From: Candidatus Freyarchaeum deiterrae
GTDB taxonomy: Archaea > Asgardarchaeota > Jordiarchaeia > Jordiarchaeales > Jordiarchaeaceae
DNA: 64,000 nt
Direction of reading: 5' to 3'
Assembly (NCBI GenBank): GCA_037305845.1
Contig: CP147778.1
Location: forward strand, 3,200,001 to 3,264,000
Below the pieces are notes generated by a model, which saw nothing but the letters and a program-made list of their open reading frames with translations, made no database searches and was not told where the DNA came from. Every line of letters starts with the position of its first letter. Positions within the stretch are counted from its first letter, which is position 1. A program made the translations under genes and the position numbers. Positions 20,379-30,485 of the stretch are shown here, piece by piece.

Positions 20379-22019
20379 ATGACCAAAATAGAATCCCCAA
20401 AAAAGGAAGCTCAAGAAGAAGAAGAAGAGAAGAGACCGGAGAAGTTCACCACTTTATCCGACATTGAAGTTAAAATGTTTTACACACCAGATGATATTCA
20501 AACCAAATACCAAAAAGATTTAGGATTCCCCGGAGAATTCCCTTTCGTCCGCGGAGTATACCCCACCATGTACCGGGGTCGCCTATGGACTATGAGGATG
20601 TTTTCCGGATACGGCACCGCTTTCGACACCAATAAACGATTCAAGTATCTTTTAGGACAAGGTGAAACCGGTTTAAGCGTCGCCTTCGATTTTCCCACGC
20701 TCTACGGTTATGATTCAGATAATGCGCTTTGCAGGGGTGAAGTCGGAAAGTGCGGGGTAGCCATCTCCTCCCTACAAGACATGGAAGCACTTTTTGATGG
20801 GATTCCTCTCGATAAGGTCAGCACCTCCATGACCATTAACGGTCCCGCAGCCATTATATGGGCGTTCTACATTGCGGCGGCTGAAAATCAGGGTGTCCCA
20901 AGAAAAGAATTGAGGGGAACAATCCAGAACGACATACTAAAAGAATACATCGCACAAAACTCCTACATCTTTCCACCAGAACCCTCAATGAGGCTTATTC
21001 TCGACACCTTTGAATTCGGAACCGACGAGCTTCCCAACTGGAACACCATAAGCATAAGCGGCTACCACATAAGAGAAGCGGGATCCACCGCGGTTCAGGA
21101 ACTCGCCTTCACATTAGCGGATGGACTCGCCTACGTGGACGCCGCCGTCGAGAGGGGACTGAACATAGACTCTTTTGCACCCCGACTGTCATTCTTCTTT
21201 AATGCTCACAACTACTTTTTCGAGGAAATCGCCAAGTACCGAGCGGCGAGGAGAATCTGGGCTAAAGAGATGAAGAAACGAAACGCGGTTAACCCCCGCT
21301 CCATGATGCTACGATTCCACACCCAGACCGCCGGCGTCTCTCTAACAGCCCAGCAACCATTAAACAATGCAGTCAGAGTCGCCATACAAGCCCTAGCAGC
21401 GGTTTTTGGGGGCACCCAATCACTGCACACTAACTCTTATGACGAAGCACTAGCCCTCCCCACGGAAGAAGCAGCTATGGTGGCTCTAAGAACCCAACAA
21501 ATAATCGCCCACGAAACCGGAGCCGCGGAAACAATAGACCCACTAGCCGGCTCATACCATGTGGAATGGCTAACCGACAAAATGGAAGAGGAAACCTACA
21601 AGTACTTTGACCAGATAGAGAAGATAGGCGGAGTAATCACGGGAATCAAAAAAGGATTCTTCCAGAATGAAATCGCCAAAGCCTCCTACAAGTACCAGAA
21701 GGAAGTAGAACAGGGGAAACGAAAAATAGTGGGAGTGAACTGCTACAAAACAGACCAAGACAACGAGGTAACTTGTCCAGTGCTCATAGTTGACCCCGAG
21801 GTCGAAAGAGTGCAACATGAGCGGCTCAACAAACTGAGAAAAACCCGAGACAACTCCAAAGTACAGAAAGCATTAAAAGAGCTTGAGAAACAAGCCAAAA
21901 CCGAAACCAACCTCATGCCCTACATCATAGACTGCGCACACGCATACGCAACCCTAGGAGAAATAAGAGAAACCCTAGTCAGCGTTTTCGGCGAATACGA
22001 ACCAAAGGATTGGTTCTAG
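20379..22019 (+). CDS. AdoCbl-dependent acyl-CoA mutase large subunit, isobutyryl-CoA mutase-like signature
   Basis: [49 protein letters not shown]. Confidence 0.9.
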   Translation: MTKIESPKKEAQEEEEEKRPEKFTTLSDIEVKMFYTPDDIQTKYQKDLGFPGEFPFVRGVYPTMYRGRLWTMRMFSGYGTAFDTNKRFKYLLGQGETGLSVAFDFPTLYGYDSDNALCRGEVGKCGVAISSLQDMEALFDGIPLDKVSTSMTINGPAAIIWAFYIAAAENQGVPRKELRGTIQNDILKEYIAQNSYIFPPEPSMRLILDTFEFGTDELPNWNTISISGYHIREAGSTAVQELAFTLADGLAYVDAAVERGLNIDSFAPRLSFFFNAHNYFFEEIAKYRAARRIWAKEMKKRNAVNPRSMMLRFHTQTAGVSLTAQQPLNNAVRVAIQALAAVFGGTQSLHTNSYDEALALPTEEAAMVALRTQQIIAHETGAAETIDPLAGSYHVEWLTDKMEEETYKYFDQIEKIGGVITGIKKGFFQNEIAKASYKYQKEVEQGKRKIVGVNCYKTDQDNEVTCPVLIVDPEVERVQHERLNKLRKTRDNSKVQKALKELEKQAKTETNLMPYIIDCAHAYATLGEIRETLVSVFGEYEPKDWF

Positions 22020-22496
22020 CCATAAAAAGAATTCGTTAAGAATTCGGAGATAAACGACTTTTATCCTTCACTTTTGAGACTTAGGCGGATAAGCTGCAAA
22101 CCGCCACTGAAACAGGAGAAGAGTTCCGGAATGCGTTCTCAGTAGAAAAGGCATCAGTATGCATACAAACAAACACGCCTAAATTTAGGAAGGATTTTCA
22201 TCACTCATTTTTATTAAAAAACTTGATCAATGCTAGTCCACTATGCAAAAAAGCATAACAATCCCAAAGCCAAGCCGCCCATATACTGGCTTCATACGTA
22301 TCAAAAAGAAGTACTGCACTAGGTAGAGGGCAGTGTTCAACCGCTATGCTTGAATTAAGGGGTAATTTAACCAAATAGTTTTTTCAACGCAGCCAGTTAA
22401 AACGATTAAAATACGAGTACTTTTCCAATAACAACATTTATAAGAATCAAAAAACATAGATAAAAAACCCCCTAACCATCCGCCTAAAAGATATCC

Positions 22497-22705
22497 CTTA
22501 AAAAAGGGCGTTGAATGGCTACCGAACTTTACCGATTCTAAGAGAGCAAGCTTGGGAGAAAAAACTAAAATAGAAAATTTTCCCTTTTCGCGGTACACAG
22601 AAAAGAAGTAAAAAGAGGGAAACAAGGACTCCAAAACTAACTAGTAGTAGTAGTGGAGCCTTGCCCTACGTAGAAACTTTACTGTTTCTATAACAAAAAA
22701 ATTAA
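22497..22705 (+). promoter_or_regulatory. Conserved promoter/structured 5' leader of surface-protein gene, copy 2
   Basis: AGGG/CCCT, CAAGG/CCTTG and CTCCA/TGGAG stems plus a TAGAAAC/GTTTCTA hairpin. Confidence 0.7.
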
Positions 22706-22719
22706 CCATTAAAAAATGA

Positions 22720-25062
22720 GTGAAAATCATGAGAAAAATCAGAGCAAATAAGAAAGCCCTAAAGATAGCAGCAGTCTTAGCAGCAGTACTCCTAACAGCA
22801 ACAATCATCACAGCGGCCACAACAATACAAAACCAAAACCAAAACCAAAACACTTATCCACTCATCAACGCATACCTGCAAGGAGCCCCCCAGAACTCTC
22901 TCACCCCCATTACCGAAAAGGACACCCTCCAATCTCTCTACATATGGTATAACTACAATTTTACGGCTGACATCAACAATGATTCACAGATAATTGTGAA
23001 TGGGTCAAACATAGTGATAAACGGAAACGGCTACTCCTTAATAGGATCCGGATCTGGGTACGGTTTCAACTTAACTGGCGTAAGCAACGTAACCATCTTT
23101 AACGTCACAGTCACAGGGTGGTATTACGGCTTCGACCTAGAAAGCAGCTCGAACAACAATCTTTACAATAACACCGCAAACAACAACACCAACGCCGGCT
23201 TCTACCTGTACACTAGCTCTTACAATACTCTTTCCAGTAACATTGCAAACAACACCACCAACGGCGACGGCTTCTACCTACTCGTCAGCTCAAATAACAA
23301 TACTCTTTCGAGTAACAACGCAACCAACAACGCCCTAGCCGGCTTCGACCTGTACAATAGCTTTTATAATACTTTTTCGGGTAACACTGCATATAACAAC
23401 ACCTACGAAGGCTTCGACCTAGTCTCCAGCTCTTACAATACTCTTTCGGGTAACAACGCGAACAACACCGGCATCGGCTTCTGGCTGTTCGATAGTTCGA
23501 ACAACAATAATCTTTCGGGTAACACCGCAAACAACAACCACTACAACGGCTTCGACCTAGTCACCAGCTCTAACAACAATACTCTCACAAGTAACAATGC
23601 AAATAACAACACCGAAGACTTCTACCTATCCTCCAGCTCTAACAACACTCTTACGGGTAACACAGCAAGCAACAGCAGGGACGTAGGCTTCGACCTGTAC
23701 AATAGCTCAGACAATACTCTTACTGGTAACACCGCAACCAACAACACCTACAACGGCTTCCTCCTAGAATCCAGTTCGAACAACAATACTCTTACTGGTA
23801 ACAACACCGCAACCAACAACGGCAACAACGGCTTCTACCTGTCCAATAGCCATAACAATACTCTTTCTGGTAACACGGCAACCAACAACACCTACTACGG
23901 CTTCATCCTACAATCCAGCTCGAACAACAATAATCTTACTGGTAACACCGCAACCAACAACACCTACAACGGCTTCTACCTACTCTCCAGCTCAAACAAC
24001 ACTCTTACGGGTAACACAGCAAGCAACAGCGGCCAGGCTGGCTTCGCCTTATCCTCCAGCTCAGACAATACTCTTTCTGGTAACACGGCAAACAACAGCC
24101 ACAACGAAGGTTTCCTCCTAGAATCCAGCTCGAACAACAACAACCTTACAAGTAACACCGCTATAAACAGCAACGGCATCGGCTTCCATTTGATTGGAGA
24201 TTCTACTGGCAATAACATCCTAGTTTGCACCGCTTTAAACAGCAGCACAATTGCAGCATACTACTGGGGCACCTGTATAAATAATAATTTTACGGGCAGT
24301 GTAGAGGCGAACTACCTGCGCGTGAACGTCACCGATGTTCTGGGCTACCCCATCCCGGGTGCGGATGTTAATGTTACGACCGATGTAACAGGTGTGTATC
24401 TTACGTCACACTTTGGTGGTACAGACCCCACAACCGGCTCTAATGGTGTAACCTCCTGGATTGCTGTCGCCTACCGAATATTCACAACAAACGATACAAT
24501 GACTACGAACACCACCACTGCTACCGTGTACTATCAGGGGTTCCCCATCTCAGGAAGCCCTAAGACAGTTAACATGTATCAGTCGCATGTGGAAACATTC
24601 CAAGTGACTGACACTGCTGATCCGACTGTCGCAATCACTTTCCCAACTTCTGGTGGTACTGTTTATACTGGTGTTGTCTGGATTAATGGAACCTTCAACG
24701 GCACAGGAAGTAATGTCATTAGTATCACCATCAGCATTACCCTTAACGGCACCAGCTTCACACTGGTTGGGCCCTCAGGACCCCCGTACGGCGTTACGGG
24801 CACCTACAGCTTCAGTGCCACAATCCCACAAGCTGGAGAGTTCGACGTAAATGTCACGGTTCAAGACGGAGCTACACGCACAGCAATGGCCACAAGTCAC
24901 ATCGTGGTGCAGGAACAACCTTCGCTGCTTCCCGCCCTCTCGCTGTTAGCTGGAACGCAGGGTGGCACCAGTCCGCTGGTCCCCGCTGCTATCATAGGTG
25001 TCGTGGGCGTGGTTGTAGTAGCTGGTGGTTTGATCTACTACTTCCGAAGAGTGAAAGCGTGA
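22720..25062 (+). CDS. Membrane-anchored surface protein with about 16 beta-helix repeats and one Ig-like domain (paralogue of 1845)
   Basis: Near-identical signal peptide NKKALKIAAVLAAVLLTAT; GFxLxxSS repeats; AGTQGGTSPLV-TM-FRRVKA tail. Confidence 0.9.
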   Translation: MKIMRKIRANKKALKIAAVLAAVLLTATIITAATTIQNQNQNQNTYPLINAYLQGAPQNSLTPITEKDTLQSLYIWYNYNFTADINNDSQIIVNGSNIVINGNGYSLIGSGSGYGFNLTGVSNVTIFNVTVTGWYYGFDLESSSNNNLYNNTANNNTNAGFYLYTSSYNTLSSNIANNTTNGDGFYLLVSSNNNTLSSNNATNNALAGFDLYNSFYNTFSGNTAYNNTYEGFDLVSSSYNTLSGNNANNTGIGFWLFDSSNNNNLSGNTANNNHYNGFDLVTSSNNNTLTSNNANNNTEDFYLSSSSNNTLTGNTASNSRDVGFDLYNSSDNTLTGNTATNNTYNGFLLESSSNNNTLTGNNTATNNGNNGFYLSNSHNNTLSGNTATNNTYYGFILQSSSNNNNLTGNTATNNTYNGFYLLSSSNNTLTGNTASNSGQAGFALSSSSDNTLSGNTANNSHNEGFLLESSSNNNNLTSNTAINSNGIGFHLIGDSTGNNILVCTALNSSTIAAYYWGTCINNNFTGSVEANYLRVNVTDVLGYPIPGADVNVTTDVTGVYLTSHFGGTDPTTGSNGVTSWIAVAYRIFTTNDTMTTNTTTATVYYQGFPISGSPKTVNMYQSHVETFQVTDTADPTVAITFPTSGGTVYTGVVWINGTFNGTGSNVISITISITLNGTSFTLVGPSGPPYGVTGTYSFSATIPQAGEFDVNVTVQDGATRTAMATSHIVVQEQPSLLPALSLLAGTQGGTSPLVPAAIIGVVGVVVVAGGLIYYFRRVKA

Positions 25063-25130
25063 AAAAATGGGGGCTGGAAGACTCTCCTCAATTTGTTCGG
25101 GAGCCTTGCTCTTCCCCTCCCTTTTTTATT
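25063..25130 (+). terminator. Conserved GC-rich 3' element plus T-tract
   Basis: Homologous to 4527-4592. Confidence 0.6.
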
Positions 25131-25241
25131 TAAACACTGGCGTAATGAACAGCATCAGAAAAATCAAATTATATGATTTTTGTAAGTTAAGATTTTGTTT
25201 CGATTTTTCCGTTTTATCGGTGTCCTGACATCTAGATTGTT

Positions 25242-26168
25242 TCACTTTTTCGCGGTAAATTTTTTTAAACGCCCTATTTCTTTTTTACCCTGTTTAAAAC
25301 CGGCTTTTGCCACAGCTCCACCTCGAGCAAAGTCCATGGGGTTGAAACCCATCTCTTTGGTAGAAGAGGCATCCGGCACGATGAGCATCGCCTTTCCATC
25401 GCCTTGTTCAATAGCGGCAATCTCTCGTTGTGTAGGAACCTTAAACAAGTCTGGCATCAAGGCTCCTAAAGGAGCTATGATAAGAACGAGGTTGAAGCCT
25501 TTCGCAATGTCGGCATTCGTGCTCGAACGAACACCGCCGTCCATGTAACGGTGACCATTAATCTGGATAGGAGTCACTAAAAGTGGAACGGCAGTACTTG
25601 CCGCAATTGCGTAAAGAATATTTATATTGGAATGTTTGTCCCAAACCGCGAGCGTGCCTTCCTGCGCGTCGGTAGCGATGCAAACGAATCGCTCGGGCCA
25701 GCTTTCTTCCGCTCGAACGAGAGACGAAAAATTAGCTATATGTTGTTCTTCCGGCATGGCATGAGCCTCAAGCGCCATCTTGCCGACTTTCGCTAATAAT
25801 TCTCTAGGTACATCGCCCTCCAATGACGCTTTGAGTAAATCTTCGAACCATTGAAACTGTTCAATCGGTGGAAGACTGTTTTCGGGCTGAACGGGATGCT
25901 GTTTTGCATAAGATTCCGCCCTAGCGATTTGACCTTGGAACAGTGCCGCTGGTGTGCGTCCGAGAGCAAGCTGTGAGCCGATGATTGCACCCGCGGAAGT
26001 CCCTATAAATCGGTCGGCTCTAGTAATTATGGCTGCATCTTCTTCGGCCAGACCAGCAATTAACCCGGCCTCCCATGCAACCCCAACCGGGCCGCCGCCC
26101 CCAAGGACTATAGCGAAGCTCATACCATTTTTTCCAACCTTTTTTGAAAGCTTTGGTTTTTCGTCCAA
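25242..26168 (-). CDS. Patatin-like phospholipase
   Basis: GGGGPVG, GTSAG, DGG. Confidence 0.92.
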   Translation of the reverse strand: MDEKPKLSKKVGKNGMSFAIVLGGGGPVGVAWEAGLIAGLAEEDAAIITRADRFIGTSAGAIIGSQLALGRTPAALFQGQIARAESYAKQHPVQPENSLPPIEQFQWFEDLLKASLEGDVPRELLAKVGKMALEAHAMPEEQHIANFSSLVRAEESWPERFVCIATDAQEGTLAVWDKHSNINILYAIAASTAVPLLVTPIQINGHRYMDGGVRSSTNADIAKGFNLVLIIAPLGALMPDLFKVPTQREIAAIEQGDGKAMLIVPDASSTKEMGFNPMDFARGGAVAKAGFKQGKKEIGRLKKFTAKK

Positions 26169-26534
26169 TTTTTGCCCTCCTTCTTTATTCTTAAATTCAA
26201 TACTTATGACTCTTGCTCCACTAAGAATTTATCTAGATAATAAATTTTCTAATAAACTTATCCAGAAAGTATTCGGGGGGATTTGGATTATGGACGCATT
26301 TACAGCCAACATTATTCTCGAGACAATAAAACTGGTTAGTACACAATTAAAGTTAAGTTCCTTATTCTCCTATCCGTCTTAATCCTTAACCTTGATAGTA
26401 TGTGGTGTGTGTTTTTTTGATTGTTTATTTTTTGGTTTAAATATGATTGTTGTGGGCTGTTGTTTTTTGTGGGTTAAATTTATTTATTAGTACTCTTTGC
26501 GCACAGTTGCCATAAAATGGTGGAGGATGTGATT

Positions 26535-27059
26535 ATGGAAAGTATTACAAAAAATTATAAAGCAAAAATTACGGCAGAATCTGGAAAACCAGAGATAATA
26601 ATTACAAGGGATTTTGATGCACCCCGAGAGCTCGTTTTTAAAGCATTCACGGATCCAAAAATTTACATAAAGTGGTTTGGTCCACGCCAACTGACAACGA
26701 CTCTGGAGACATTTGAACCGAGAAATGGTGGAAGCTGGAGATATATTCAAAAAGATCAAAACGGCAATGAGTATGCGTTTCACGGAGTGTTTCATGAAGT
26801 TCTCAAGCCTTCGAGAATTATTGAAACCTATGAATTTGAAGGCTTACCGGAAACGGGGCATGTCTGTCTCCGAACGGCGAGATTTGAAGAGATACCTGAC
26901 GGTAAGACCAAGATGACCGCTCAATTGGTCTTCCAATCAGTTGCCGATCGCGACGGGATGATGCAGACTGGTATACATGAAGGCGTGAACGAGTCATTTG
27001 ATCGTCTCGAAGAGCTGTTGGAAAAGCTGCAAAAGAAGCGCTCACGCTCTTATACATAA
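26535..27059 (+). CDS. SRPBCC/AHSA1-like ligand-binding protein, copy 1
   Basis: [19 protein letters not shown]...WFGP, GGSWRY; ATG 26535 behind GGAGG. Confidence 0.9.
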   Translation: MESITKNYKAKITAESGKPEIIITRDFDAPRELVFKAFTDPKIYIKWFGPRQLTTTLETFEPRNGGSWRYIQKDQNGNEYAFHGVFHEVLKPSRIIETYEFEGLPETGHVCLRTARFEEIPDGKTKMTAQLVFQSVADRDGMMQTGIHEGVNESFDRLEELLEKLQKKRSRSYT

Positions 27060-27382
27060 GTTTGATGATGGACGCAACATCTTAGCCGCTCTTCTTCTTC
27101 CCTTTTTAATAATTATTTTTACTCTTTTAAAGTTTATATTTTGGAAACTATGCTTCTTTTACGAAGTAGTTTAAGTTATTGTTTTGCTAAAAAATTTAAA
27201 GCATTCGATGATTAATTTCAGTGGAAGATAAAAATACTTATCCGGTTTAATGTATGTGTGTGATTTTTTTGATTTTTTAATTTTTCATTTTTCTATCTTA
27301 ATATGATTATTGTTTTTGGGGAGATTAAATTTATATGTCAGTACTCATTACCAACCGTTGCATTAGTGGTGGAGGAGTGATT

Positions 27383-27910
27383 ATGGAAAGTATTACAAAA
27401 AGTTATAGAGCAAGAATTACGGCAGAACCTGGAAAACCGGAGGTTGTAATAACAAGGGAGTTCAATGCGCCCCGAGAGCTTGTTTTTAAATCGTTCACGG
27501 ATCCAAAGATTTATACACAGTTTGCTGCTCCACGTCGATTCAAGATGATTCTTGAGAAATTTGAACCGAGAAATGGTGGAAGCTATCGATTTATTCTAAA
27601 AGATCTAGACGGCAATAAGTTTGCAAATCATGGAGTGTACCATGAAGTTCTTGAACCTTCGCTAATGATTAATACCTTTGAATCTGAAGGTTTACCGGAA
27701 AAAGGGCATGTTAGTCTCGAAACATCGAGGTTCGAAGAGATGCCTGATGGTAAGACTAAGCTAACAATTCAATTGGTTTTCCAATCGGTGGCAGATCGCG
27801 ATGGGTATGTGCAGTCTGGTGTGGAAGAGAGCGCGAGTGAAACATTTGATCGTCTCGACGAGCTTTTGGAAAAGATGTCACAAAAAAAGCGTCCACGTTC
27901 TCAGAGGTAA
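27383..27910 (+). CDS. SRPBCC/AHSA1-like protein, copy 2
   Basis: Close paralogue of copy 1; ATG 27383 behind GGAGG. Confidence 0.9.
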   Translation: MESITKSYRARITAEPGKPEVVITREFNAPRELVFKSFTDPKIYTQFAAPRRFKMILEKFEPRNGGSYRFILKDLDGNKFANHGVYHEVLEPSLMINTFESEGLPEKGHVSLETSRFEEMPDGKTKLTIQLVFQSVADRDGYVQSGVEESASETFDRLDELLEKMSQKKRPRSQR

Positions 27911-28061
27911 GTTAGTTTTTTGAAAACTATGTTCCCCTTATAAAATAACAGTTGCCGAATTTTTCTAGAAATTGAAGCCTTCAATGGTAAATTTGTGTAA
28001 ATGATAAACCTGCTCAATTAATGTTAGATTTTACTACCTGCTCTTGTTGTCAAGCTTCCTT

Positions 28062-28445
28062 TCATTTGAGAAGTGCTTCTATGTCTTCCTTTGTAAGCGT
28101 GTTCCGCTCTTCTTGGTCTTTCCAGAGTTTTCTATAAGTGTAGAAGTACTCGTACAGGTCTGGGATATCTTTTGCATATACTACGACATGATTTTTAATC
28201 ACTCGGATCTTCAGATACATCGGTAGAGATTCAAATATCTTAACATCATACGGTTCCCTGACCTGCCTTAAAATGATTCTGAAAAGAGCTTCACGGTCGG
28301 CCTCTGGGGCAACTACGCAGATGTCCACATCGCTCCTAGGAGTGGCTTCGCCGGAAGCTTGAGAGCCGTAAAGAAGCACGGCTATAACATCAGGACGCTC
28401 AGTTAGGAAGCCTAAATCCCGCTTAATTCTGTCAATTATATCCAC
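28062..28445 (-). CDS. mntA: Minimal nucleotidyltransferase (MNT) antitoxin
   Basis: YGSQASGEATPRSDVD (GSx10DxD); overlaps the HEPN gene. Confidence 0.9.
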   Translation of the reverse strand: MDIIDRIKRDLGFLTERPDVIAVLLYGSQASGEATPRSDVDICVVAPEADREALFRIILRQVREPYDVKIFESLPMYLKIRVIKNHVVVYAKDIPDLYEYFYTYRKLWKDQEERNTLTKEDIEALLK

Positions 28446-28915
28446 TTTTTCACAACTCCTACGAACTCTTCCACGGGACCTATGAGTTTCAGTATCTCAT
28501 TGTAAGCTTCGGAGTCGTTAAGTTTATTGTATCTATGGATTACCCAATTGCGTAGGCCGTTTGCCTCACTTAAAATATCTCTCATCTTTTCAGATATTAC
28601 TTTTTCTTCTCTTAACTTTTCCAAATTTGTATAGTCGTCCTCGGGGGGAATTCCACGGTCTTTAATTAGCATAGCTGCCAAATCCATGCAGGTTTCTACT
28701 ACTTCTTGAAAAGCCTTAAACACAGCGAAGCGGGTCTTCTTGTCTCCTAGAAACTCTTCAAGATTTGTTTCTGCTGTCCACTCTTTAACGGATTTTATGT
28801 TTTCTTGAATGGATAGAATTTTTCTAAGGTAGCTCTCTTTCCTTTCCTTCATTTCCACCATAGGTTTTCTTAGTATTTTTGCCTTTTCTGCTTTACCATA
28901 GTCCCAAAGACACAC
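28436..28915 (-). CDS. hepT: HEPN/DUF86 RNase toxin (true start probably near 28860)
   Basis: RNWVIHRY (Rx4HxY). Confidence 0.9.
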   Translation of the reverse strand: MCLWDYGKAEKAKILRKPMVEMKERKESYLRKILSIQENIKSVKEWTAETNLEEFLGDKKTRFAVFKAFQEVVETCMDLAAMLIKDRGIPPEDDYTNLEKLREEKVISEKMRDILSEANGLRNWVIHRYNKLNDSEAYNEILKLIGPVEEFVGVVKKWI

Positions 28916-29273
28916 AATTTTTTAGTATCTAAGAAACAAATGAAGTGAGACATTCTAACTGGTAAAAAAGGGGTTGCAGAATGAGGGAGGAAATAATTTT
29001 CACAATTCTAAAAGAGCTAGAAAGAACTTGGTTTAGTTTTTTGCTTCTAGTAAGTCTAATTAATGATTGCATAGATGAGGCGGATTTAAGCTTCAAGTTC
29101 TTCAGCCAATACAGGAGAACGCCAAATCAACATGACTGAAAATAAGGAAGTAATCAATAAATGAAAAAGCACAATTTGGTTTAAACATGGTTGTGGATTG
29201 TTGTTTTTTGGTGGGTTAGGCTTATTTATCAGTACTCCTTGCGAATTGTTGCAATAATGGTGGAGGTGTGATT

Positions 29274-29798
29274 ATGGAAAGTATGACTAAAAGTAGTAAA
29301 ACAAGATTCACAGCAGAACCTGGAAAACTGGATGTCGTAATTACAAGGGATTTTGATGCACCCCGAGAGCTTGTTTTTAAAGCATTCAAAGATCCAAAGC
29401 TTTATGTGCAGTGGCTTGGTCCACGTCGATTCAAAATGATTCTCGAGAAATTTGAACCAAGAAATGGTGGAAGCTATCGATATATCCATAAAGATAAGGA
29501 CGGTAACGAGTATGCGTTTCACGGAGTGTACCATGAAGTTCTCGAACCTTCGCTAATGATTGACACCTGGGAATTTGAAGGCTTACCGGAAAAAGGGCAT
29601 GTCAGCCTCCAAACTGCGGGGTTCGAAGAGATACCTGGCGGTAAGACCAAGCTAACAATTCAAGCGGTTTTCCTATCAGTTGCAGATCGCGATGGGAATG
29701 TGCAGTCTGGTATGGAAGAAGGCATAAATGAGGGATTTGATCGTCTCGATGAGCTGTTGGAAAAGATTCAAAAAAAGCGCGTACGCTCTCAGAGGTAA
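29274..29798 (+). CDS. SRPBCC/AHSA1-like protein, copy 3
   Basis: Paralogue of copies 1 and 2 with a homologous promoter. Confidence 0.9.
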   Translation: MESMTKSSKTRFTAEPGKLDVVITRDFDAPRELVFKAFKDPKLYVQWLGPRRFKMILEKFEPRNGGSYRYIHKDKDGNEYAFHGVYHEVLEPSLMIDTWEFEGLPEKGHVSLQTAGFEEIPGGKTKLTIQAVFLSVADRDGNVQSGMEEGINEGFDRLDELLEKIQKKRVRSQR

Positions 29799-29803
29799 GT
29801 TTA

Positions 29804-29932
29804 GCGACTACCCCAACTCCGTTACCGGCCGCTGGAAGCGGCCTGGGGCTTTATTAAATTGGCGAAAGCTACCTATTAGGAACTAAGCGTGGCAAAACCA
29901 TTAGGCTTCCATTGACTATATCCCTAATGGCG
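29804..29932. other. GC-rich multi-hairpin intergenic element (possible IS200/IS605-end or structured RNA relic)
   Basis: CCCCA..GGCCGC-tggaa-GCGGCC-TGGGG; GC-GAAA-GC; CCATTAGG...CCTAATGG. Confidence 0.4.
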
Positions 29933-30046
29933 CAGCGAAGAAGAAAGATTCTTCACTACAACCTTCTTTTCTATTCCGCAAATATTTTTTAACCATTTTA
30001 ATTATATATTTTTAATTAACATATAACTCCATGAGCTGGAAATTTA

Positions 30047-30460
30047 ATGGCGGTAGAAAAAAGTATAGAAAAAATAGTTTCTAGATTCTTCATTCTACCC
30101 CGAAAGTTCTATCCCACGAACCTGTATCTTCTTCTAATTACAGATAGAAGAATGATTCTCCTATCAAAAGCTAGAGCCTTTATAAAAAAGCAATCATCCC
30201 ATCCCCTCATGACTAAAAATGTCTTTAACAGCGAAGAACTCAATGAAATAATTAAAACAAGAGAAAAAAGCTACCAGATTGGTTACGAGGAGTTGTTAGA
30301 AATAGAGGTAAACACCTCACCTTTCAAGGAGGAGACATTCGGCTACTTTCTAAAAATTGCAACAAAGAAAAAGGAAACCAAGTGGGACCTACGCCTCGAA
30401 GACCTCGAAAATTTCAGAAAAACAATGCAAAAACTAAAAGTAAAATACGTGGAAAAATAA
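30047..30460 (+). CDS. Hypothetical protein, possible PH-like fold
   Basis: YLLLITDRRMILL strand pattern and a C-terminal helix. Confidence 0.5.
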   Translation: MAVEKSIEKIVSRFFILPRKFYPTNLYLLLITDRRMILLSKARAFIKKQSSHPLMTKNVFNSEELNEIIKTREKSYQIGYEELLEIEVNTSPFKEETFGYFLKIATKKKETKWDLRLEDLENFRKTMQKLKVKYVEK

Positions 30461-30485
30461 ACACAATTAACCTATCGTACTCTTT

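Noticed and set aside
22082-22200. GCCACTG and small stems after the mutase gene as a cobalamin riboswitch
   Set aside because: Other core motifs are missing and it lies downstream, not upstream, of the B12 gene
29888-29940. GGCAAAACCATT...AATGGCGCA as a c-di-GMP-I riboswitch, or GATATAGTC (minus strand) as a group I intron element
   Set aside because: Only isolated fragments match; the remaining required helices are absent
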